DNA of 64,000 bases, taken from positions 7,874,001-7,938,000 of the forward strand of contig OZ176052.1 of NCBI GenBank assembly GCA_964247055.1, given 5' to 3'. The position numbers were made by a program, and so were the translations under genes. Positions 35,842-46,400 of this stretch are shown piece after piece (position 1 is the first letter of the stretch; each line of letters begins with the position of its first letter). This DNA comes from Paragordius varius. Taxonomy: Eukaryota; Animalia; Nematomorpha. Below the pieces are notes generated by a model that saw only the letters and a list, made by a program, of their open reading frames with translations, was not told where the DNA came from and searched no databases.

Positions 35842-36739
35842 TAAAAATATTGTACCCATAAAATATTATGTAACTAGCAACAGTTATAATGTTAAATTTA
35901 TAAATTGATTTATATATTTTCGTAACTTTAACTATAGCCAATTTTCAAAAATGATAAAGCTCTCCAGTTATTACCAAATGGAATGAAAAACCAAATTTTT
36001 AAAGGATAATATAAAAATTATAATAATATAGATTGTGATAGTTATAAAATATTTTTGCAATACTGCCTAAATATTTGATTATTTTATCTTAACATATATT
36101 TATAAATAACTTAAGTATTTTTTTTGGCATACATTCGCATACATCTATATTTTATCGTATTATACTCTATTGTTAACCATACGCTTCTGTTATTTACCTA
36201 ATTAGTACCATGAAATGAAAATTTCAAATTTTATATCAGAAATTATGTTAATATTTTTACATTTTTCTATCGCAATTTAAAGAACCAAATGCGCAGATTT
36301 TACATATACCAAGATTGTCCCCTAATTTTGTATAAACTATCCATAATATCCCCTTGTGTTTTTTTAAAAAATGTTTTTTATTATATTTTGCAACAATCTT
36401 TTAGTTTAAACGCTACTGTATATATACTATATTTATCATCATAGGTTTATGAGTTTTTTTAATTAAAAAAAGGTAATGCGCTATTTTTTACGCTACGCAT
36501 ACCCTTGTTTAAGAAATTGACCACGTTATGTAACAAAACAAACATAAAATTGTAAAACCTAACCTCTTTATATGCAAACTGCCACATTTCAGATATTTTT
36601 AATAGGGGTTTTGCGGTTTGATATTTAGGAGTTTTTATGAATGGCTAGTTTCGGCTGTTGTTGATATTTTATATATAATACACTTTCTTGATTGAAAATT
36701 TGAAAAAGTAAAGTTTGTTTTTACACATAAACTGTAATA

Positions 36740-37104
36740 CAATGTGACCAGATAGGCTGTTCGCAGTACAGCACTGGATTTTCGAAAAAACTGCTCCTGC
36801 ACTGCGCTGACTTTTGTAGTGCTTTTTTTAAAATAATTAAATTTTTCATCTTTAAATAGCCCCAATTCGTAAAAAATAAATAGTTTGCGAAAACTAAGAT
36901 TGGTCTATTTAAACTGGTCAATAATATATTTTCTGCTCGTATTATACATAAAATAATCCGCCTATCTGAATGCAGTCATTCCCACGTTAGCGGAAATGGT
37001 TAAAAATATTATCATTTGATATACCGCCACCAAAAACCTGGTAAAAAATAGACAAAGTATGGAATTTTGTACTGCGCAAAGATGCAAAATATCTGGTCAC
37101 ATTA
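36740..37104. mobile_element. hAT-like MITE (365 bp)
   Basis: TIR (C/T)AATGTGACCAGATA. 8-bp TSD CTGTAATA at 36732-36739 and 37105-37112. Confidence 0.8.
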
Positions 37105-37957
37105 CTGTAATATGTAAAACATATGTCATAATGATGAAGTATAATAAAGTTAACGTAGTATATTTTATGATGCAACCACAATACAATTAATTATTATTTC
37201 AATTACAATAAAACAATAGTATAATTTATCCATCCATCAATCAAGGGTATTTACAACTAGTTTTTTCCAGTAAATTTTACTGTTGGCTAGCTATATATAT
37301 ATATATATATATATACCTTTCCCACATATCATTTTCACTATTTTATATTTTTTCAATTTTTTTTTCTAAATCTTGACAAAGGTTATACCAATATTACCGA
37401 AAATTATATATTTATTCAATAAATTAACTATTTATTTTTTAACGATCATTTATACCCGTTTTTTCCATTATTTTAATTATGTGTTTAAAATTAGTGACTC
37501 TTTACTGTATAACTTCCAATTTAAGTATTTTATTATAAATATTATTCAACCATCGCCAATAATTTGAAAAGATAAAATAACCAAAACAAGAGTTATAAAG
37601 TAAAAATATGGAGATTTATAGAGGATCTGAAAGGGAAAAATGGTGACAACCATTCAAATATTAATTAAAATAAAAATAAATTTAGAACAAACCATAAGTA
37701 GTATAGACTAATATTTTCAATAAAAATGTATTTTTAACAATATTTTTTATTATAACCTTAAGATACCGATAAAAATTGGTAACACTCTCATTTTTTATTT
37801 AACATTGACAATATAGACATTTGGAAAAAATCAAGGACCGAGAAATATTGTTTTTTAATTAAAAAAACGTTTTAACTTTTTAACTTTAACTTACATAAAA
37901 TATAAGGGTGATTTTATACTTATTTCTTAATGTTAATTGTTGTTTGTTATTAAATAG

Positions 37958-38106
37958 GATGGCATTTGTTAATACTAAGCTTTATGCTATTTTGTGGTGG
38001 AATATCTCTCACTGTAATTGGCAGACGTGAAGACAAAATGGCCTTAACCATATCAGGTTACAGTATTTTAGCCGCATCTGGGATCTCTGCCATAGCTGGA
38101 TGCATA
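37958..38106 (+). CDS. Candidate internal exon of an unidentified small membrane protein
   Basis: TAAATAG|GA acceptor and ATA|GTAAGT donor. Stop-free frame WHLLILSFMLFCGGISLTVIGRREDKMALTISGYSILAASGISAIAGCI has two hydrophobic segments. Locally GC-richer than the flanks. Confidence 0.45.
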
Positions 38107-38677
38107 GTAAGTTTTTTTTATCTTTGACTACATAGTAAACAATTATTTTATAGGCTTAAGTGTTTTTTTTAATCTTTATTTTTATGCATGTAGGTAAATG
38201 ATATTTTTCTTTTTTTTTCTTGAAATTACACAGAAAGTCAAAATTTTCACATAGCTAAAAGTTAATTTGAAACGCCAATAAGATTTCTTTTTTATGATGA
38301 AAATTAGGAGTTTTGCGATAGATAGCTATATAATTCTACGTCTTTGTACTTTTACTTTAACCATAATTTGTTTATGGACAGTAGTGAATAAAATAATAAA
38401 TTACTCACAAACTAAAATATGGTATAACAAATAAGATTTCTTTGGTATCAAAGAAATAATATTAATTTTATTAGATTTATTGGCTAAATAAATAATAATT
38501 TGCTGTGATTTATTGTAGGTATATATAACTTATACTTCCATTAGTCATTTAGATTAATCATTTTATAGTTTGCTTGCTCATGATACAAGTCTGGCGATCC
38601 CACTTTGTTTAACATTGGTTGATCACCAAGTCAAAAATAAACCATATAACTTATTGAAAAACATCAAGAAATAAAGA

Positions 38678-38717
<40 letters not shown>

Positions 38718-40242
38718 TAAATAAATGTCATTATGCAAATATCTGGACTTTAATTTTTTCACAATTTTTTTAAAAAAATATTAAATATTGGTTTTCATAC
38801 AACTCTGCAAAACCTAATTATTGGAATATTTTAAATAGGGTTATTATAAAATATGGATAATTTTATTTTCGATTTCAATTTTTCGCTTCCCCACAAAAGG
38901 AGTTTAATTCCGGTTGATTATTTGAATGTGAAAATAGATAAAATGGCCACCTTAAATAATGAAACGATTAGGTATAGCATACACTTAAAGTTGGGCCCGA
39001 CCTGTGGCTGAATTCTAACAATGTTACTGGTTGAAAATTACCAACATAAAAATTAGACGAGATATGAAATTAATAAAATTTAATAAAAAACTGCTGTTCA
39101 TACTCTTTTATTGTCACAAATTAGAGTTTATAAACTGATAAAAACATTTTGATTAGAAGTCCTATTTAGCTGCAAACTTATGTTTACATTTATGATAATG
39201 GTTTTAACAAGGGTATTAAAAATGTAAAAAAAATAAAAAAATGGATTTAAATCAAATATTTACGATTATTTAGATGATGTACATCCAAAATTGAGCTTAA
39301 AATAAATAAATAAAATCAAAAAATATCAAAACAGCCCGCTTATATGTATTGAAAACCCCTGGTTATAACCATAAAGAATTGCATTTAAACAGGCTAATTG
39401 CATCAATTATTTCGCATAACATTAGTGATTACAGTGGATACCTCTTACAGGATTATTATTTAAAATATCGGCTTTACATATATGTAATTTTGATACAAAA
39501 TAAGAGTTTAAAAATTTTTGCTGCGCAACTTTTAATCGCGTGACTTTTTATTTTGTTTAATAAAATATTTACTGAATGTCAAATTATATAATTAAGGATA
39601 AATAAAAATGAAATGCCTTTAATTAACTTTTTTTACACGAGTTACAACTACTAAGTAACTAGTTGCTACTTTGGCTAGACCTTGACTTTTATGTTAATTT
39701 CGTAAAATAATTATTCACTGCAACAAACATTTATGTTTCCTTTTATCTATATTGTCATGTTCTTAAAATGTAAAAAATAAAACTACAAAATAAATTATAT
39801 ATTATTAATGGTCAATTTACTGTTTTTGGATAATAAGTATTATTTTATTATTCGTATACAAAGGATAATAAAAATTTTGTAACAACAAAAGTTTTGTACA
39901 AAGGTATTGAAAAATACCACTTACCTTACGCCTTGGAAACTACTTAAATTTATTTAACCAACTAATTACTAGCAGGGAATAAAAAACATTTATAGCACAT
40001 ATTCAGTTTCTATATAGCTAAATTATTTTAAATACTTTCCAAACGAAATATAATTTTGAATTTAACTTAGGGATAAAAATTTAAATAATCACCACATCAC
40101 TAGAGCTCATAATCGGACTGATCTATTTTACTCTTTAGGCGAAGCTTATCTCAAAAGTAACGAAATACTTGGAGCTTAATTTGGATTCATGAGGTTGTAG
40201 ATGATTTTTTGGGGCATAGGTTTAGGTTACATAGGGCATAAC

Positions 40243-41158
40243 TAGGGTAACCAGAATTTTAAATGAACAAAGCGGGAAAGCTTTGAACGGAAGGGGGGAG
40301 GGCTACTATCAAAAATGTGGATACAAAAATAGTTTGGTAATATTTTTTAATATAAGTACAATTACAATTTATAAGTTAAAAAAATATATAATATTTTATT
40401 CCTTAATAAATTTTTTATTCGAATGTTAATTCGTTTGAGCATTTTGTTATAATTTTTTTTAATATTATAAATATCTTGAAAACAATTAGTTAATTTATCT
40501 TTAACTCATAAAATGGCTCTCAGAGTTTCAATATTTAATAGATTTTGATGTAGACACTTAATTTACTGTAGAAAAAACGCGTTCAGTGTCAGCATTAGTT
40601 CCGTGTTAAGAGAGTGCGAACCACAATTTTTATATAATCGTGAGGAACGTAGTTTGTTTCAAAATGATGACATATTTCCAACCATATGTTCTCTACTATT
40701 ATTTTTTTGGATGCCCAATATTTGACCTTTTCCGTATCAATATATTTTTTAACTAATGACGCTTCATTAAAAAGAACATTTTCAGAAATTTTACTATTTG
40801 GGATTTTAGAGAAATATAATCAAATGATTTTCCAACTTCGTAATTTTCTGGTTTTAATGTAATCCAATGAAATGATCAATATATTGTACCGTCCAGTCTT
40901 CTAAAAAATCTTTACAGTTGGTATAAAACGTTTTTATATGATTCATGATATCCTTACGATTTATTGCACCTTACTCTTCGAGCTCATTTATCTTATTGCG
41001 ATTAGTAAACGGTAGACACAAAAGACAAAACAATAATCTTAATATATAATTTAAATGGATTCTGAAAGTTGGTACTTTATAAAAACGTAGCGGGACGTTG
41101 GACAAATAGTAAAAAAATCGAGACTGTTACGCCAAAAGTAGGGCGTCTTATGGCCCAT
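40243..41158 (-). mobile_element. Decayed hAT (Tip100-like) element
   Basis: TAGGGTAACCAG terminus at 40243. The other end is degenerate with GTCCC/GTCTC subterminal repeats. The minus strand gives GTNADTERVFS..NIETLRA (hAT dimerisation motif) at ~40520-40610. Confidence 0.65.
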
Positions 41159-42379
41159 AATTGGTATCAAGTGGTCCAATAGTTTGTCCGGATTGCATCC
41201 ATGCAAAATCCTCCAATATTATAATATATGGAATTAGTTTGTAAATTATCATATCTATTCAATTAAAGCCCTAGGGCAAAATGTTCCATACAGTTTATCT
41301 ATTATATTTTTGAGTCAAAATCAATTTAAAGGTTACGCATTTAAATTTATATTAATTAAACAGGTAAATTATTTACAAAATTAATTAAATAATTTTTACA
41401 ATTTATTTTATTTATATATTGGTTTTTAATAATAGTAATGGTTTTAAAAATAACAAACCAAAAACGTCTTTATTGGTTCAAATTTGCAATTAATATAACC
41501 TGTAAACGATGAAATATCTGATACTTATATCGAAAAAGGAGGGATTAAACTTTATCTAATAAGAGAGTACTGATAAAAGTATAAAGCATCACTTGTTTAA
41601 TTAATTAGATGCAAAATATGGCAAGGCCAAATTAAATTTAAAATGTTTGTAAATCTATAAAGTAGGTCCTGTGCTAAGTCATATCTTTAAATTTGTATGG
41701 TTTTTCGAGACAATGTTCATGTTGGTTCCAACGGGAAATAATAAATTAAATGGTTGTAATAATGAATGAGCTCGACAGGCTGTTATGATTACCAAAAATG
41801 CAGGTAATTTATAGCCACAAAAATATGTATGGTCTCAAAAGATTGTAAAAATAATGTCAAATGTTTGGAAAGTCATTTAAAATTTATTCTTAATATTTTT
41901 AAATATGTAGGGGTATTTAATGTTTTTAATAAGGATACTGGAATCATATTCGAATATGTTCATAGGGTTGTTACACCATCACCATAAACCTTTAAATCAT
42001 ATTCCAGTTTTCAGATCTGCGAAGGTTCATTATCGTAAAGAAATAAATGCTTTGCCACCAAGTATGAGACCAAAAATAAAATTTGATATATTAAATACAA
42101 CGATTAATGAGCATCACATTGAATTCGACTAAATTTGCAAATAATTATATAGTTATTTTTTTTTTAAATATACTTTTCTAGAAATTTTATATATAAGTAG
42201 CCATCTATTTATTATATATACCCAACGTTTATTATGTAATAATATGATTGAAGGAAATTCATTTGTATATGTTTGTGCTCATGCTGAACAATATAAAATG
42301 CCGCATACTTCCAAAAATTATATATATCAAATATAATTAATCAGAAAATTAAAATCAAATAATAATTTAATTCTTTTAT

Positions 42380-42650
42380 GAAAAATTTAACCATGGTGTA
42401 AAACTCTGCTTATCATCGCCACGTCTAAGGTACTGTAACCATATTGAAAGCTCAAATGGTTGGATAAACAAAATTAGATTCTTTCATCCGAACGGCAATC
42501 TTAGACGAGGCAGACCATATCATGATTGGGAAAAAACAATCAGCCATGACCTAAACTTAACTCAATCGACCAAAGAACTCTGTCTCGATCGCAAGTTATT
42601 TCGCTCAAGGGAAGCTAGTTCATGCTGGAGAAACAACGACCTGATGATGA
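42380..42650 (+). mobile_element. LINE RT C-terminal fragment
   Basis: RLRYCNHIE..PNGNLRRGRPYHDWEKTISHDL..LCLDRKLFR matches the LRW.GH..R..GRP..W....DL..DR..WR pattern. Confidence 0.6.
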
Positions 42651-43309
42651 ATCTACAAATCCGATATATATATGTTAATGAAAGGAATTTCATAAAGCTG
42701 CACTTTCCAAAACTGAAACCCCATTTAAATTTTAAGCTTTATGTCAGCCTGACTGACAATATAAAAAGGCGGGTTAAATTTCAAGAATGCCAAAGTTTTG
42801 CTTATAAATACTCAAATTAAAAAGTGAATCCATCCTTTTTTTAAATGAACAATATTTTGTATTCCATATTGCTGCAGGAACCCATTACCTCACAAAAGGC
42901 GTTTTAAATCAAGTAATTTTTTATTAATTATAATTAGCATAAAATTTCCGATTTTTTTTGTGTTTTGGCTTACTATAGATCCTGGTAAAGAATAAACAAA
43001 AATTTTCAAAGAATAAAAAATTATCTTTAGAGAGATTTGATGCTGGTTATAAGTCATGAATTTTTTCAACAATTGCGCAATTTAGGGATAGGGAGGGAGT
43101 CAACTTGGAATAGCATGCGAATAGAGTTGTGACGGCTATATTTAACAACATTCAAAAACTATAAGGCACTAAAATTTTTGGCGATTTTAGATTGAAAGTT
43201 ATAATAAAACATTTTGCAAATCTTACATTGTACACATCCCAGTTATAAAAACAAAATCAATATGGAAAATATTATAATTTATTTAAAGGAAAACGTTTGA
43301 TATGATAAT

Positions 43310-44882
43310 TTAAACAGTTTCCATTATTGGTGGTTCATAATTGTCAGGTCGATCAATTACATTTCCCATAGAATCAACAGTAGGTTTGGAGTCGCCGGAT
43401 CCTTCCCCGTGTAATTCCATCAATTTAGTTACTAGATATAAAAAAAAGACATTCAAAAATAATTGGTTGGATGTGAATGAGTCTTTAAATGTATGATTAC
43501 AAAACAAACGTAAATATATGAGGAAAAACCCATATAACCAAATCTGCTCGTTATATGATAAAATTGAAATAAGAAGGATGGAGAGCTGGGCAAAAAAAGA
43601 ATATAATAATGTTGGAAATATTAATTCAGTCACGTTGAAAATTACTCAGACCATGTTAAAGGTAAATTTTCCTTATGCTGGATTTTTTATATAATTCATA
43701 AAAATAAGCAAACATTGTAAAATTTTAAATTTGAGAATATCAGATAATCGCTAAGTCACTGTAATCATCGAAATAAAAGCATATTTCTTAGACTCGGCCT
43801 ATTATCATCATGTATACAACAATCAAATTAAACATGTATTACAATCAAATTTAGGTCGCTTGAGTACTTTAACTTTGCGTATGTGGACTTCATTCAATGG
43901 ATAAATTTTGCTACAATACTTTTCAATGTCCTTGGCAATGCTGTCTGGGATCCTATATTTATATATTAAAAAAATAGTGTTGGGAAAAAATATTTATTGA
44001 ATAAAATAATAAATATTACAATTTATTGACGACTTCTTTCAAATCTGATCCTGTAATTTCTTTAGTTATAATTTCTACCATACGTTTACGGATCGCTTTT
44101 ACCTGTTTTAATACAAAAAAATTGAAAAAAAAACTGAAAAATATAAATTAAAATTTGCAATCAAGGGCTAAAAATTTATTTAATCAAAAATTATCAAACT
44201 GATTTGAATGATAAAAATATATATTACCTGTGAATGTTGCGCATAACAAGTTTTTTTCTGTTGATTAGGTGCTTTTTTGGTAAATCCAATAGCAAAAACG
44301 CGGAGAATATATCCATCAGTTGTTTTAACATCAACATAGGCTTCAATTAAGGTCTAAAATAAAATTTTTTGCAATACCTGCCATTTTTTAACAATTGCGC
44401 AAAGTTTATCCCGTGTCATATCTAGTCCACAAAAATTTGTTAAAATGTTGCGTCCTTGAACATCTTCAGCCAAAAGTTTTATTTTTTTGTGCCCATATTC
44501 ATCATTACCCAAATCTGCTAAATTGATTTCAAAAACTCGGCCTTTCAAACTATCAGTTGAAATTTCTAGCAATATTAACAAATGAAATATATAAAAATCT
44601 AAATTTTTACATTTGGATGTTTGTTAATTGTTTAGCGTTTTTATTAAATATATTTAAAATATATCATATATTTTAACGCAAAATACATCGTACTTGTTCC
44701 TTGCGTCCTGGTGACCAAAGTTTTTCCAACTTGACGGGTGGAAAACATAGAAGGAGCCTTAATATCATACCACTCTTTTTTAGAAAACGGATCTACTCTA
44801 TATATTATATAAAATATTACATTTTCTTCTTAACACCCTTTTTTCCACTTTTGGTAAGCCTCTTATTTTTTCCTACTGCCAT
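43310..44882 (-). CDS. RPS3A: 40S ribosomal protein eS1 (S3a), 7 exons, 264 aa
   Basis: complement(join(44821-44882, 44694-44797, 44378-44565, 44228-44353, 44020-44102, 43843-43952, 43310-43431)) is 795 nt, all GT-AG. Reads [44 protein letters not shown]. Confidence 0.97.
43735..43817 (-). ncRNA. Intronic box C/D RNA (snoRNA/scaRNA), putative guide for U2 snRNA Gm11
   Basis: C box ATGATGA (43811-43805), D' CTAA (43791-43788), internal stem GAAATA/TATTTC, C'-like CGATGA (43770-43765), D box CTGA (43743-43740), short terminal stem. The D' guide is antisense to CUCGGCCU(AUU). Confidence 0.75.
44354..44377 (-). other. 24-nt micro-intron (RPS3A intron 3)
   Basis: GTATTGCAAAAAATTTTATTTTAG. Joins KKWQ to TLIEAYVD; retention reads VLQKILF-TAG. 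Confidence 0.93.
44798..44820 (-). other. 23-nt micro-intron (RPS3A intron 1)
   Basis: GTAATATTTTATATAATATATAG. Joins KKK-I-VDPF; retention frameshifts. Confidence 0.93.
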
Positions 44883-44889
44883 GGGAAAT

Positions 44890-44912
44890 GTGGAAGAAAG
44901 GTAGTAAAAGGA
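44890..44912 (-). promoter_or_regulatory. TCT initiator / 5'TOP-like pyrimidine tract of RPS3A
   Basis: The minus strand has CCTTTTACTACCTTTCTTCCAC just upstream of the ATG. CCTTTCT (44901-44895) fits the YC+1TTTYY TCT motif of ribosomal protein genes. Confidence 0.6.
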
Positions 44913-45249
44913 TCTGCAGATGGTATTAAAATATACTGTATAGAAATCTTTTATAAATTTATTTTTTAAATCAATTTTATCCAAACAATAGTTTATTAAA
45001 ATTTACATTTTGCAAAGAATTAATTTATAAAACTGGCGTTAGTTTCTGGCTAAAATTAACTATTATTATGTCCAGATATTATGCAAATCATAATGATACC
45101 TTAATAAATTGGCTGAAAAGATAAAGCATTCGCAAATAAATAGGCTTTTTAACGTATGAGGTGCATAAAAATATAATTATATATTCTCATAGGAAAATAG
45201 CGGGATTATGATGGTTATTTTAATTTGGGCCTCGGTTATATAAGAAATT

Positions 45250-46400
45250 TTACACTTTTGTAGTAACTATTCCATATCAGTGTCAGCAGAATTGTGCACA
45301 TTAGGTTAAAAAAATTTTAAGAAAAAGCTAAATGCCTCATTCCAGAAATATCAATAAAATATGACAAACTATATAAAAATCAAAACAATCTTCATTAAAA
45401 AATTTAGTTTTCAGAAATGGGCTCCGATAGCGAAAATTTTAATATTTTTTGCTTTTTTGAGCAAGTTCTCTTAAAAGCAAAAATGTTGCGGATAAAAATT
45501 TTGAATATATACTAATATATATCAGAAAATAATTTTAAAAAAATGCATGCTTTTTCCAAAAATTTGATTTCAGCAAAATCTTCTTGAAGCGTACTTCATA
45601 CTATTTCGAGGCATGATGGAAACGGTTAAGTTTTAAGATAATTTAAACACGCTTTATTCGATGGTAGTCAGGATTATATTATTTCAATTAAAATATTTAA
45701 TTTTTGATTAATGTCAAATATGTGGTTTTTACAAAATAACACCACAATTTCAAAGCAATAGAAGCCTTAAATTAAAATTTTGAAGCGATAGAAATTTTCA
45801 CCATCGCATAATAAAAGTGTTCATAATACTAGACAGAAATTTTTCTGCCACTTGAGTTTTATGCATTTTATATTTATTATTTTAACAGTAAATCCGAATT
45901 AAAAATTATGATTTTCAAAGAATTTTGTAATTTGATTTTTATCATTAAGGCCCTTTATATCATTTACTAAATATTTTTCTTCGAAAACATAAAATGCCCA
46001 TTTGGAAAATATCCTTCAAAAGACTAGTGTAAACTCTATGAAATGCACAACTATATCTAATATTGGAGATGGAAAGCGACAAACTCGCGAAGCGAGGTTT
46101 TGTCAATTAATAATTTTTTAATACCAATGGATTAAAATAGCTCAAACTTTGTATAGATGGCAAACAATGTCCAAAAAAATAACAAATTCTTTTGATAAAA
46201 ACACTTATTTATTGCTTTTATGTCATTCAAAATAGCCATTTTTAGTTCTCTATAAATATTACCATCTCATATTAATTATTTTCTGTAGAAGGCTTATTAT
46301 TTTACAATTTCAAAGATAGAATAAAGTTTAAGGCATTCTTGATTCTTTAAACTATTAACATAATTACAATTATAAATGTTATATTATTTATGTAACCCTA
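45250..46400. repeat. Old dispersed repeat family; related segments at ~1640-1860, 53340-53480 and 62600-63600
   Basis: AAGCGACAAACTCGC..AAATAGCTCA.ACTTTGT.TAGAT..TTTTGATAAAAACACTTATTTATTGC is shared by ~46075-46230 and ~63265-63420. TTGAAGCGTA..GCATGATGGAAACG is shared by ~45585 and ~1785. Confidence 0.55.

Noticed and set aside
42641-42685. CTGATGA near a retroelement end (possible Penelope-type ribozyme)
   Set aside because: No proper stem II or GAAA-stem III geometry. The adjacent peptide looks like a LINE RT tail.
43432-43734. Second guide RNA (H/ACA or C/D) in the remainder of RPS3A intron 6
   Set aside because: Two small hairpins and two CTGA motifs are present, but there is no C box and no correctly placed H or ACA boxes.
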